A stretch of 64,000 nt of DNA. It comes from Basidiobolus meristosporus CBS 931.73 (taxonomy: Eukaryota > Fungi > Basidiobolomycota). The stretch spans positions 1 through 64,000 of the forward strand of contig MCFE01000213.1 in NCBI GenBank assembly GCA_002104905.1, written 5' to 3'. This document shows, one piece after another, positions 1 to 12,116 of the stretch; position 1 is the first letter of the stretch, and each line of letters starts with the position of its first letter. Under the pieces are notes generated by a model, which was given only the letters and a program-made list of their open reading frames with translations, had not been told where the DNA came from and ran no database searches. Position numbers and translations under genes: made by a program.

Positions 1-900
1 TAAGTGACATAGATACTAACCCCTGTGCAATTTCAAGTAGAGTGACAGTAGACCTATCACTTGAAAAACCTGTTTCAAAAATTACTTAAAAAATGGTATG
101 TATTGAAATAAAGATTTTACCAGTTGACAATTGTTACCCTAACCCTTTACTAGCCCTTACTACAACACCTACACCCTAAGCCTCCACCACATTACCTTTT
201 GGCTTGTACAATATCTTTTACCATTTGCACTAGGATAAGAGTTGTTGCTTGTAGTTACGGATGATATACTCAAGACTTTGTCATAATTCAAGACTGCATT
301 TCATATTCAGATTTCCGAATACAGCACTAAAGCCCTAATATCAATGGTCACCATTATTGTGATCAATTTACGGTATTTACAAACACGCGGTTGTAAGATG
401 TGAGGAGTTTAATTTACTAGGCGTAGGGAGGGCCATAAGATACAAATGCGTTTGCGGTATTTGCATATTTTAGGGTGATGATCCTTATACTGCATAGAAG
501 TAATATTGGTGATTCAAATTGCTTTGCATGAAGCAAGATTGCGGGTCGTCAGAAAGATGCAATCTCATAGCACGGGATTAAGCAGTGCATGAGTTACTGT
601 GGCAATCAGAACTGTTCAACACACTGATAATTCATCATTATCGCTGTGCGATTTATTAAATTTCGTAATGCTTGTATCTTTGGTATGCGGTAGTAATGAA
701 TTTGTATTGTAAGTCAGCTTCATCTGGGTTGTTGTTATGCTGGAAGTGCCCATCGAGTACTTGTCTCTCCTGCATTTATTTATTTGCTCTTCGATAATCT
801 GCATCGCATCTACCGAACGCCTGTTTCAGTCTTGCTACTTTCAAAGAACGGTGTATCTAGGGTATGTCTGCAAATGTGAAAAAAAGGTATATATACGCAG

Positions 901-3233
901 ATGAAGCAGAGCTACTCACTATCACTCACAACATTCCATCGATTAGCAATGATACAAGCGTTGAAGAAAAAGCTGACTAAATCTTCTGCCCCTACTACCA
1001 GCCCGAAAACTCAATGTTATCGTCCACATCCATTTGATCAGCTCTCTGTTGACGAGATTAACCAAGCCTGTCAAATTGTTCGCAATGCAAAGAAGGATAT
1101 GCACTTTATTTTCAAAATTGTCACTCTTCGAGAGCCATGCAAGAAGCGCATGATGAACTATCTTGGCTGGTCAACCACCAGTGACCCAATCCCTACCCAT
1201 ATTGAGCGTGAGGCGCTCATTATTCTTCTTGAAAGAAAGAAGATGAAGTGCTATGAATGTATTGTTTCACTCGACAGCAAATCGATTACCAAGTTTGAGC
1301 ATGTTCCTCAAGTGCAGCCACCCATCCCGCCTGACGAGCAAGCGTTGCTAGAAAAGATTATCTTAAGGGACGAGAGAGTTATTGAAGAATGTAGTAAGGC
1401 AGGATTCTCAGACATGTCGCTTGTGATTGTGGATACTTGGTCTATCGGCAGAAATACCCAAAGGCCTGGCAAGCGAATATTGCAGGGTATTATGTATGGA
1501 AAAGCAAGTAAGCTTGACAATCCTTATGCTCATCCATTGAGTTTTCTCCCAGTTGTTGGTAAGGTTACCGGTCTTGTTGTACAGTATGACTTCATTTGAT
1601 CATGCGTCTAAGCTATAATTGACTTGCATCGTAGACATGGATGAGGAGAAAGTCATCAATATTGACTATATAAGGCCTAAGGACAGTAAATTTGAGCGTG
1701 CCACTGTTCCACTTGAAAGTCACAACTTTCTTCCGGAACTTGTCGGCCAAAGCAATCTCCGAAAGGACATCAAACCGATAATCATTCAACAACCGCAGGG
1801 GGTTTCGTTCACAGTGAAGAATGGTTCCCAAATTGATTGGCAAAAATGGAGCATGCACGTATCTATGTCGTATCGAGAAGGCCTTGTTATTCGTAACGTG
1901 AGCTACCAAGACGGAAAAGAAAAAAGACCGCTGTTCTATCGCCTGGGCATTTCTGAAATGGTGGTTCCCTATGCTGACCCTGAAAGCCCCCATAATCGTA
2001 AACAAGCCTTCGATGTCGGAGAATACGGGTTGGGACTTTCCACCAATTCTCTGAGTAAGTGTCTATGAAAAGCAAATATGCGCCTTTGGGGTAAAAAAAA
2101 GAACATCTAATATCATTCTATTCAACTAGGCTTGGGGTGTGACTGTCTAGGAAGCATTTGTTATCTCGACGCAGTTTTCAGCGATGACAAGGGAAAAGCC
2201 TACACTGTTTCCAATGCCATATGTATTCATGAGGAGGATTATGGGCTATTATGGAAGCACTCGGACAGGAGAACCAGTCGTTCGGACTCTGCTCGCTCGC
2301 GTCGTTTGGTTGTTTCCCACTTTGCTACAGGTACAAGTCATAGCAGCGTATGTACCATGCTAACACATTTGTATTAACTTGTTGCCGCTATACATAGTCT
2401 CGAATTATGACTATGGTATCTACTACTACTTTTACCAAGATGGTACATTTGAATGCGAAGTCAAGGCCACGGGCATCATTAGCACCACTCTTCTTGCAAC
2501 AGACGAAACCCCACAGAATTTTGGGCAAACGGTTGCTCCCCAAATCAACGGTCAACACCACCAACACTTTTTTACTGCGCGTATCGACCCAATGATTGAC
2601 GGCCCATTGAACTCCGTCAGCAAGGTAGAGGTCAACACGTACCCACACCCTACTGGTCATCCTCAAAATCCATGGGGAAATGCCTTCACGGCAGACGAAA
2701 CTATCCTGAAAACCACTCACGAAGGGCAACAAAACCCCAACTACAGCACAGGAAAGTACTGGAAGATCGTCAACCAGAGCCGTCAGCATCCGTACACGAA
2801 GTGTCCTGTAGGGTGGAAGATAAACAATAGTAGTTTGCTACCGATGCTTGCACAACCAGGTTCGGTAGTAGGGCAACGTGCCCCGTACGCATTCAAATCT
2901 TTGTGGGTCACGCCCTTCAAGGAAGATCAGCTGTATCCAGCTGGATTTTATGTCAATCAGTCAAGTGGAGAAAACACGTTGGCCACTTGGGCAATGGAAG
3001 AAAAGAATATAGAGCAGGAGGATATTGTGCTATGGTATAACTTTGGCTTGACACATGTCGTCAGAGTCGAAGATTTTCCAATAATGCCTGTAGAATATTG
3101 TGGGTTTACTATAAAGCCATGTAATTTCTTTATGGAAAATCCGGCAGTGGATGTACCTCCATCGAGTAAGCTGATGATCAAAGAATCAGCTAAAGTTAAA
3201 GGAGATTCAGGCAATGTTGGATGCTGTAGTTAG
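901..3233 (+). CDS. Copper amine oxidase (primary amine oxidase, TPQ-dependent), 4 exons
   Basis: GT-AG introns at 1559-1634, 2055-2129 and 2331-2397 join four ORF-track fragments into one frame. Splicing restores the TPQ motif T-V-S-N-Y-D-Y. Active-site AFDVGEYG, Cu ligands HQH and THVVRVEDFPIMP, and LGCDCLG are present. A later Met near 949 is an alternative start. Confidence 0.95.
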
Positions 3234-3335
3234 ATCAGCATTTAGATAACATTTGTCCACTATACCGTATTCCAATAAATAACAATTCTTGTGATTGCAA
3301 CATACCAAAAAGGCTTATCACATCACTTTTGCATA

Positions 3336-6300
3336 CCCTAAGGCCATTTACCTACAAAAACCACTTCTTGCGTAATGTTCCTCAAATTAACATCTTACAC
3401 GTTTGTGTTGAATTTCTTTTCAGCCCATTTGTTCTGAGCCTTTTATGCGTTGTAGAAAATTTGTAATTCCACCTATGTACTCACCTATCTTAGTCACTTA
3501 GATCATTACCTACATATCTCAGAGATTACTGACCAAATTCCTTGTTGGGACTTACTCAGAATATTTACCAAAATATCTTGTACACAGAACATGCAAATTA
3601 GATAAGTTGTCTAAACAGCCCCAAACTTTGCATACATGTTTTTAGGACCTTTTTTAACCTACTCTATGTGCTTGTTATGCCAAGACCATGTAAAAGCACA
3701 AGTACTACTTTTACAAACAGTAAATCTTAAGTGAGAACTAAACACTCCACTTGCTCTCCCAAGTGCCTCCAATATCCCCAAGACTCTTGCAACATTATGT
3801 TCCCCTTGGTGAACTTTAATAGAGCAGCTGTTAGATAATGTAGTCACTTCTGGCATTAGTCTAGTGTATGGAGACTTGCATATGTCAGTACCAGTTTGCA
3901 TAGAGTTAAATCTGAAGCTGTTATGGGAATAAAGTAATTAACTTTCATCAAAAGCAAGAGCACTACCAGAGTTGGTAGGTTAGGAATGTGCAAAATTGAT
4001 AATAGCTGATCAATGTACAAGAGCATAGAGGCAGATTAAGTGTTCAACATTGGGAAGTTGGGACAATGGGCTGCCCAACTGAAATACTTTGACAAAGTTT
4101 TTTGGAGATTGAAGCAGCAGTATTTTTTTAATGAAAGGTAGCTTTTATGTAGCATTAGCAATTTACCTTGCAAGATGAGTCTCAATAGAATAATAGTGTT
4201 TTAAGTGCATCATCAGAGCTGCTTCTAACAAGGCTCAATATCTTGACCTTTACTTTTGAGTACAAGCCCTATACCTTGGTATCATTTACAATTGACCTCT
4301 TTTTAATATCATTGTCTCTTTGCAGAGTTGTACTACACAACTCTTCTTCTATCTGTTATTTAGTCAACTTTGCTTATGTTTGAGTACACTTCTCTGGGTG
4401 TTACTACTAAAAAAGGTAACTGCATCTTTGATTATATCTATGTACTAAATTCTGGTTGTCTGTGGCAACTCTAATAAAGCAGTATACAAGTAAAGGTACA
4501 TTTCTTGTAAAGGTTTAGGTGGCCTACTACACAATTATTACTACTTCCTGATGTGTTATGCACTTCCTCAATTAGGCTTGATTCTCAAAATTGATCCTAC
4601 AATGTAATCTTACTATGGTAGTCTATGAGGTTATTTACAGTGGTTTGATTGACAAGAAGATTGTGTCATTCTCACATCATGATCTGTACTATGGATAAGT
4701 AGTATCAATACTTTTGTATAGTCTTAATAAGATATACATTAAGTGTGGGTGCTAGAACAACCTGGAAAGTTCAGCTTCATTGAGTGCCTAAGTTTTTAAC
4801 AATAATATTTTAGATAAAGCCAGATAAAGGGCTGTGCAATAGCTATTAGTGCCCACAAGTAATTATTTAAGCAATAAAGGTATGACATGCCAGGTGGGAT
4901 GGGATATGCTTTCTAAATTCAGTATCATCATGTACTACTGATACCATTTTATTGCCACCAGTGTAGAATTGCTCCAGAGAATCTGGGTTAAGTGAAGCTG
5001 AAGCTCTAGGCTACATCTGCAACTGATTATCTGGTTGCATTACTGTTATACCCCAGTTATATACTATATGTTTGGCATTCAAGCAGCAATACAAAATGGC
5101 TACCTGTGTCATTGCTTACAATGTGCAATACTTCCCACCAAGACTCTGCAATAGATCACCCTAAATTTTGAGTCAAATGTTTAAGAGCACCAATAATGTT
5201 ATTGTACTCAGTAGATTATAATGAAAGACTTGTACTCTATTTTGCTTGTTCACTTCAGTAACCTTCATGATTCTCACAGCACTACCAATGCGGATACAGT
5301 TACATGAGTAATTATGTGCTGCCATGTATTAAAGGCAGTGTCAATCTCCTATAAAAGCTTTCTATATATTTGATGAAAAGATCAATGATTTGAAAAGCAA
5401 AAGCTTCTAGGAAAGTATAAGCAACCACTCATCTTCATGATGCCCAATTGATGCTAGCATATTATGTGCACTACTTGAAAACCTTGATGGCAACTAACCT
5501 TGTTCAGTTTGCATACTGCACTCCTAGTATACTTGAATAGAGGGGTGATGTAGGACCTGCAGGTGTCTGGCCTTATTGAGCTACTCTAATTGATTATGCA
5601 TCTTCATCCATTACTAGTTAATTTTGGAAGCAGCTCAGTGAGATACTATTGGGTAGCCCTTAAGTCAGAGGGCATGACTTAATTACAATCTGATGCACAC
5701 TTGTTATTGGAAAGAGTACATGCCTCTGTGAGCATAGTGATCTCCAAATAATATATCAAGTTTAGACTGTGTGCAATGTGCAGCTTTTATATTGATAAAA
5801 CTCTTTAGATTGCTGTTGATGCACTAACAAAACTGTGCACTCACATCTTTAGTTGCAAGATCTCTACACTTGGTGATATGAACATTTCTATACTTGGTAT
5901 GGGGCTTAATCATCTGCAACAGTCTATTTGATGATAGTTTACTTATGTTGAGGATGGCCAAAGCATCTAATGTCAATGCTTGTGCTTTTTAAAACAGATC
6001 AGCTCTTGTAATATGCAGGCATTCTGCCAGACTTTGGTATATCCCTTGAAGGGCATTTTAGGCCAGCACTTATACTTTAATTGTGTATTTACATATTAGC
6101 ATCCTATATATTAGCTTCTGGTATTAATGGAGAAATAGGTAAAAGCAGCTATCCAGGTTGGATAGTATTTTGGAGCTATATATCACTAATGTTAGTACTG
6201 GATTGACAGCAGATTTGGATATTGAGGATTGGTGGACAAGCATTGGTGCAGTGCTCCAATCTGTCATATACCTTAAAGCTCCCAGGAATGTATAGATGAG

Positions 6301-7297
6301 CCAATGGCCGCAAGTGGTTTTATATAGTAAATTTTGCATTGTTTCCTCAACCACTAGATGTTTCCATTATTCTTACAGATTATAGACCCTCAGAGTGCCT
6401 TGGCATACCAGATTGTGCCAGATCAAGCTATAGAATACCACATTAGTATCAAAAATGATCTTAAAATGGATCTAGTTTGTCCAACCAATATGAAAACATG
6501 AAGCACTATGAAGTAGGCTTAACGTACAATAGTGGGCCTTGCTCTTCTGCACTATCACCATCTGAGCAATAATTGGGAGGTTAATGTTGGCCAGGAGGTG
6601 TCTCAAAATCAGCTCTGTTTGGGAAGGCTGAAGAGTGTAGCTGAATGCTATAATATGATTCTAAAATACTTGGCTTAAGCTTGTAGGTACTCTAGTGACT
6701 GATATTAGGTCAAGTAGGATTTGTGTGGCAAACACCGCTATAGTCTTTGAAGTGCTTACTCTACCTTCATGCCTATGATGGTATCTAAGCTTATTGCAGT
6801 AACTGCGTGGTATTTCTGTTTCCTTGCGCAGCATTTCAGTAATGCAGTCTTGTCTGTGGGAAGAATACCTTAATATGCATCAGTTTAGCAATAGAAGGCT
6901 TATGACTACTTTGCACAAATTATTTTGTGGAATAATTAAGTCATCATACTAAATGTATCAGCTATTGCAGGTGTGTCATATGTCAAGTAAACTTCACCAC
7001 TCCTGCTACCCTTAAGAAAAAAAATTAAGAAAAGGCCAGCCATATATTATTATAATATCAACTGAATTCCAACTTTGTCAAAAGTAACAACACTCAGTAT
7101 CTCATGTGCCAGCTTCACAGCAGACAAGCAGACATCCTTTACAGGGGGAGACTAGGTCAACTGCATTCATATCAGATTTGGCAATCAGCTGCCCATTACT
7201 TCCACCAAAGATTGCAACTGAAAAATTGAAGCAAAAACACAAGTTGAATACCAGCAAAAAAATCCAATGAATTCCAACATTGAGAATTTTCATAGGG
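3336..7297 (-). mobile_element. Decayed, CpG-depleted DNA-transposon-like element; class unresolved (weak KDZ/Zisupton-like hints)
   Basis: Only one CpG (5291) between 3450 and 6308, with stop-riddled frames. The ends read CCCTAAG (3336) and CATAGGG (7297), short inverted termini. The last ~300 bp recur at 16350-16667. A minus-strand G-E-Q-V-E-C near 3740-3765 becomes GERVER if CpG decay is reversed, which is weak class evidence only. Confidence 0.6.
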
Positions 7298-7683
7298 TGC
7301 AGGCACAGGGTAGGATAGAGTAAATTGGTGCTTGAGCTTTTGTGGATGCTTATTATGACCCTACTGTTACCAAAAAGAGAGAGCAAGGCTTGATTATGCA
7401 ATTGGATAAAATACGCTTGAGGAAAGCCATATGGTACAAGCATTGTTGAAACATGAAAACCTTTCAAATTGAGCTCTAATCGCACCCGATTTTATGATTC
7501 TAATTTACCAACCTGTGGTAGAATTTAAATAGCTGATACAGTAATAACTGAGCCAAAATATTAGATTAAAGCTGCATTTGCTACAAAAGTGCAACACAGT
7601 TGACAGCAATCGTGATCCGCCTTAAAGGCCGATGTTGGACTGCCCAAAGTATATAGTAGGGTGCATAATATATAATACCTAAA

Positions 7684-8421
7684 TCATAATTTACGCCTTT
7701 TGCACGCCTGTCCCTGCTGGTCAATCTGCAAATTATTTGGTAGCCGCTTGAGTGGACAAGGCGATGCAGTAGTTGTAAACCAACCTCTTATTCTTTGTAT
7801 CAAAGAATAGCAATTTCTATGGTTGCCATCTCCTTTGCGAGCTCCGGATGTAAAGATGAAGCTACAAAATCGCAGGCGTTTCTTCCTCTTGCTATTTAGC
7901 TCTTGCGATTGCGTAGAACTTTGATAATCCAGGGTGTCATCCATTTGCTTCTCATTCTTGGATTTTGCATTGAGCATGGGGATTTTTCGCGTGAGTAACT
8001 CTCTCGAAGAGCTATCAAGCATCGCTTTGGAAAGGTCGAATTCTTTTGCACAGGCTATCAGCGTTCGATTAACCTCATAAGTGTTGGGCAGAAATACGGA
8101 ATTATTGTGGTAGGGAAAACATCTAGGTGGTGGTGGAACTTCGCAAAACCAAACATATTCATTCTCGGGAGTTATTGGATGATTTTCATTTAGATCTAAA
8201 ATTGGCTCCTCCACATCAAAGCGGCTTTCCAATATTGGCCTAAACATGGATGTTGAGGGAGGCAAGATAGTCCCACTTTCGTCAAGCGTGCTTGCCAGAG
8301 AGCTTTCCGCGATAGTGAAGCTGTGGGCTACCGTGCAACATTTTGAAGGAGAACCTTTTCCAATCACCTGAAGTGGAATTGATGAGTGCACCAGGTTTGA
8401 TGGGGTAATCCTCTCGCTCAT
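7684..8421 (-). CDS. Hypothetical protein (245 aa ORF), basic C-terminal region
   Basis: Long ATG-initiated ORF with no recognisable domain, containing KRKKR and terminal KRRKL. Possible extra 5' exons back to an ATG at 8857 (plausible splice sites, unverified). Confidence 0.55.
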   Translation of the reverse strand: MSERITPSNLVHSSIPLQVIGKGSPSKCCTVAHSFTIAESSLASTLDESGTILPPSTSMFRPILESRFDVEEPILDLNENHPITPENEYVWFCEVPPPPRCFPYHNNSVFLPNTYEVNRTLIACAKEFDLSKAMLDSSSRELLTRKIPMLNAKSKNEKQMDDTLDYQSSTQSQELNSKRKKRLRFCSFIFTSGARKGDGNHRNCYSLIQRIRGWFTTTASPCPLKRLPNNLQIDQQGQACKRRKL

Positions 8422-9495
8422 ATCAAGCCTCGGCTACCAATGTACAGTAGATATGCGTAGGCAAGCAATCCGAAAGATATTTATGATAAGTGGTTGCAAT
8501 TACTCCACTAAGATTCGGACTGGCGAATTTAAAGTAATTCGAATGCTCAAATGTGTACTTGGTTCAAGCCATGCGTTGGATGGGACACTGAAGGATTTGG
8601 GTTGGGGGCGTCTTGCTTGGAAGTCTTTGTCTGAATGCCAGTCAATTCTAATCCCTTGGACTTTCCAGCTTGAACTGTCTTCGCAACGTTGATGTCTCAA
8701 AATATGAAAAAAATAGCAATTAGTGATAAGCTAAGCAATTCAAAGCAGAGTAAAGCGTCAGAGAAGTAGCTTGCAATACAATACAATTCTTAAGAGAACA
8801 AGCTATGCAATGGCCCACTGTGACATGAACTTCTGAATGGGGTGCTATCTTTTTCATATAACTCAAGCTGATATGCATAGATTAAACTAAATTAGATGCG
8901 AGTAATAATTTTGGCTGAGTATAAATGAGGCAATTTTACTAAATGATACAGCATTTGCATCCCGGCGATATTTGCGGAGTGACTAGCGCCATTCTTAATA
9001 AGAATACGTCCACTACTCTTTCTAAACGATTACAATAGAAGGAGCCGGTATACATGCAGCGAAGCCGTTAGACTGGAGTTAGTAGCTGATTCTGTGCTGT
9101 ACTATACCACAACTGCTCATGTGGATCATGTGCACGTTACTACTTTATGTACTTGTCAGGGGATATTAGGCAAATATCGGTGTGCTTTACAGTAAACTAT
9201 CCAAAATATTAATGTTGTAAGAGAATGTTCGCTCATTATACATGGCTCTGTAGCTGCAATTCAGCTGCGGTGTGACATTTTGCCTCGGATGGGCACTCAA
9301 TATGAGTGGAATATATCCGTTGGAAGCTTCTGCAGTATACATAGATACAGTTAAGGCTGTCTGATCGATTGAGTGTAGCGCCTTAAGCTCAAAGCCCATG
9401 CGAGTCTAAAGAGGTCGGCTCAATAAACCTAATCTCTATCATTCCGCCATTTACTTCATTCAACCGATGACAGACACAAACGCGCAATCAATCGC

Positions 9496-9753
9496 TCATG
9501 TGCTGTAATTGTATGCAACGTCCGGTTTAATATTTACTAGGACGTTTAGCCGGAGAATATGTTCTGCGGGAGTGCTCGCCTGGAGAATTTCTGATTTGAA
9601 GCGCTGCAATGTGTTTATGGCTGAGGTATGGAAATTGGGATACCTTTTCGACCATCGTGAAAACCAGTGAACTGAGGATAACATCGCATTTTCAGTGGCC
9701 TCAAAGCATTTAGGCACATTTCCTTGTGCACTATATGACAACTTGATTAGCAA
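9496..9753 (-). mobile_element. Possible hAT-transposase C-terminal dimerisation-domain relic
   Basis: WFSRWSKRYPNFHTSAINTLQ...QASTPAEH resembles the hAT WW-x6-YP-L-x3-A...ASS-x2-ER pattern, but is degenerate and has no catalytic core nearby. Confidence 0.3.
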
Positions 9754-10189
9754 AGCATACCCTGTTTAATCGCATTTCTGAATGTACTTACCACTCTATA
9801 CTGGTACGACTAGGTGTTACCCAAGAGTGGTAACAACCATGATTGATATGTATTGAATCATCCCCTCCTTGATTCAAATCTACGTTTCTCATATTTCTAT
9901 GAGGATTGGAGTCTCCTTCAGTTTTCTGAGCAAACCTTATACCTTCCCTGTATTAATACAATACTAACCAGTATAGAGGTTCCCACTTTACCACGTGAAT
10001 TAGTAGTACACGTTAGTATAAGCCATCCACAGGAATAGCAAGGAAAATATTTTGCGTTGAATCAGATTATTCTCCACACGCCTAAGTTTACTCTACCCTA
10101 CGTATGGTTATTTAAACCTTTCAAACTGAGTCTACGAAAGATTTCAAAGCTTTTCTGCCAACAGCATACATCATCTCCTTGGACTAGAG

Positions 10190-11014
10190 ATGGAACAGGA
10201 AATTGAGATTAACACCAATAGAGGATATTACCTGAGTGGGACCCTGCGACTTCAACCCTCAAACGACATCCAAGCTCAGAATGGCGAAAATCCTGAGAAA
10301 CGGGGTGTATTTTTGGTATGCCATGGAATGCTCAAGAACAGGGAAAGTGAAATCATCAAGTCTATAACCCTTGGTTTACCTTACTCTACGTTTGCGTTGG
10401 ATTTTCGTGGCAACGGGAAAAGTGGCGGGGAGACCCATTACGGAAACTATCATGAAGAAGTGGAAGACCTGCGTGAAGCTGTTGTGCATTTACGTGACAA
10501 ATACGGATTGTTTATCTACGGGATGGTAGGATATGCAAAAGGAGGCTCAGTAGTGCTTTTATACGCGGCCCAATACAACGACATCTCCTACGTTATCAAC
10601 ATTGGCGCACGCTACGACCTTTCTCGAGCTCCACTACACTTATTCACCGATCAGCAATTGAGAGACCTCAAAGACAACGGCTGGTTCATTTGGAAGAAGT
10701 TCGGTACCAATTGTGAAAAGGATTATATTATTCGAGAGGAAGACTTGATTCGACGAACAGAAACTGATATGTCGGTTGCTAGTAGAATAGATAAGGCGCT
10801 TGTCAGAGTCCTAACTATCCACGGATTACACGACCAAGTGGTCCCTTTAGAAGATGCACTTGCCTATGATCATCTTTTAGGGCCATCACCTTATCATGAG
10901 CTGATTACGCTTGATTCAACGCATTTCTTCGAGACTTCAGAGGAAAGAAATCGGTTGATTGAAAGTATAAAGGACTGGCTACAAAGGCAATTTGGAGAAT
11001 CTAACACGTTGTAA
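10190..11014 (+). CDS. Alpha/beta-hydrolase-fold protein lacking the nucleophile serine
   Basis: Single-exon 274 aa ORF with CHG, FALDFRGNGKSGG, HGLHDQVVP and a C-terminal His. The nucleophile elbow reads G-Y-A-K-G instead of G-H-S-x-G. Confidence 0.85.
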   Translation: MEQEIEINTNRGYYLSGTLRLQPSNDIQAQNGENPEKRGVFLVCHGMLKNRESEIIKSITLGLPYSTFALDFRGNGKSGGETHYGNYHEEVEDLREAVVHLRDKYGLFIYGMVGYAKGGSVVLLYAAQYNDISYVINIGARYDLSRAPLHLFTDQQLRDLKDNGWFIWKKFGTNCEKDYIIREEDLIRRTETDMSVASRIDKALVRVLTIHGLHDQVVPLEDALAYDHLLGPSPYHELITLDSTHFFETSEERNRLIESIKDWLQRQFGESNTL

Positions 11015-12116
11015 CTTCAGCCACATCTTCCATATTATTTATCCATAGTTTTAGTAAATTTACCTACAATTGTTTACACCTGTTATGCTATACCTCTTAT
11101 TACTCTGGCAATCACTGAAATATCGTAACATGGATAGTACTTATCTTAATCAGAATATCTATCTCCAGCAGGGCTTAATATATTTGTTCTTTTTACATCA
11201 AGTCCCCGCGTATGATTCCCCTGCATGTGCAATAACATAATACCATTCATTGACCAAAGTCTATCTGCAACCAATCTGTAAACAAACATCCACAGCACTT
11301 GCTTACTTTTCTAGGTTAGCAGTACTAGTATGAGCACAGTGTATGATTATATCTTGGAGTAGGAGCAATCGCAGAAATCAAAAAATCATGATCAGCCTCG
11401 TCAACGATTCCCCATCCCTCAGTTACTAGAGCGGTTCTGTATTCCCAATAATACGAACACTATAGCCATGTCCCTTCAAACGATGCAGGCGCTAGAAGTG
11501 TGGATATGGGAGATAACAAAGCATGCTCCACAAAATCAGGTATATAGCTCGAGCTTCCAACGATGTATTTCAGACATGTGAAATTCCGACACTCATGCAA
11601 ATTCATTCTGCAATGCCTACCCCAATGTAGATATAATTTCTGGGCACCTCATAAAGTCGTGAGCGCAGCTGTGTGGGATTTACTTCACAATAGTGGGGTG
11701 GAAACAGAAAACAATGTATATCTTATTTTGGTTGCTTTATACGCATACGATATTTAAGGCATCGCCAAGATCAATATTTAAAAGAAATTCGCAATTCATG
11801 AGTTCCCAGGTCAAGGCAAACGTTGATAATAAGAACCATGGTCCGGCGAGAAGCGAAAGTCGTTCATAAAATCAAAAAAGGTGCTGTACAAATCAGAAAT
11901 AACGAGATAAATATTTATACCTGCCCCGGATATGGTCAACATGATAAAGGCCGGAGGGTATGACACTGAAGCACTAAAGAAGAAACCGTTTCATATGGAT
12001 TTCGTGCTTTATCTAGGACACGTAGCGAACGCCAGGTTCTACCACACTTGCAGAACAGAGAACTGATTCTCTAAAATATGTAGTGTATAACACATTTGTA
12101 GCGGCTGATACAGTGG

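Noticed and set aside
3222-3233. C-terminal GCCS of the amine oxidase as a lipidation signal
   Set aside because: Terminal CC motifs are common in fungal copper amine oxidases and this is not a canonical CaaX; no further support.
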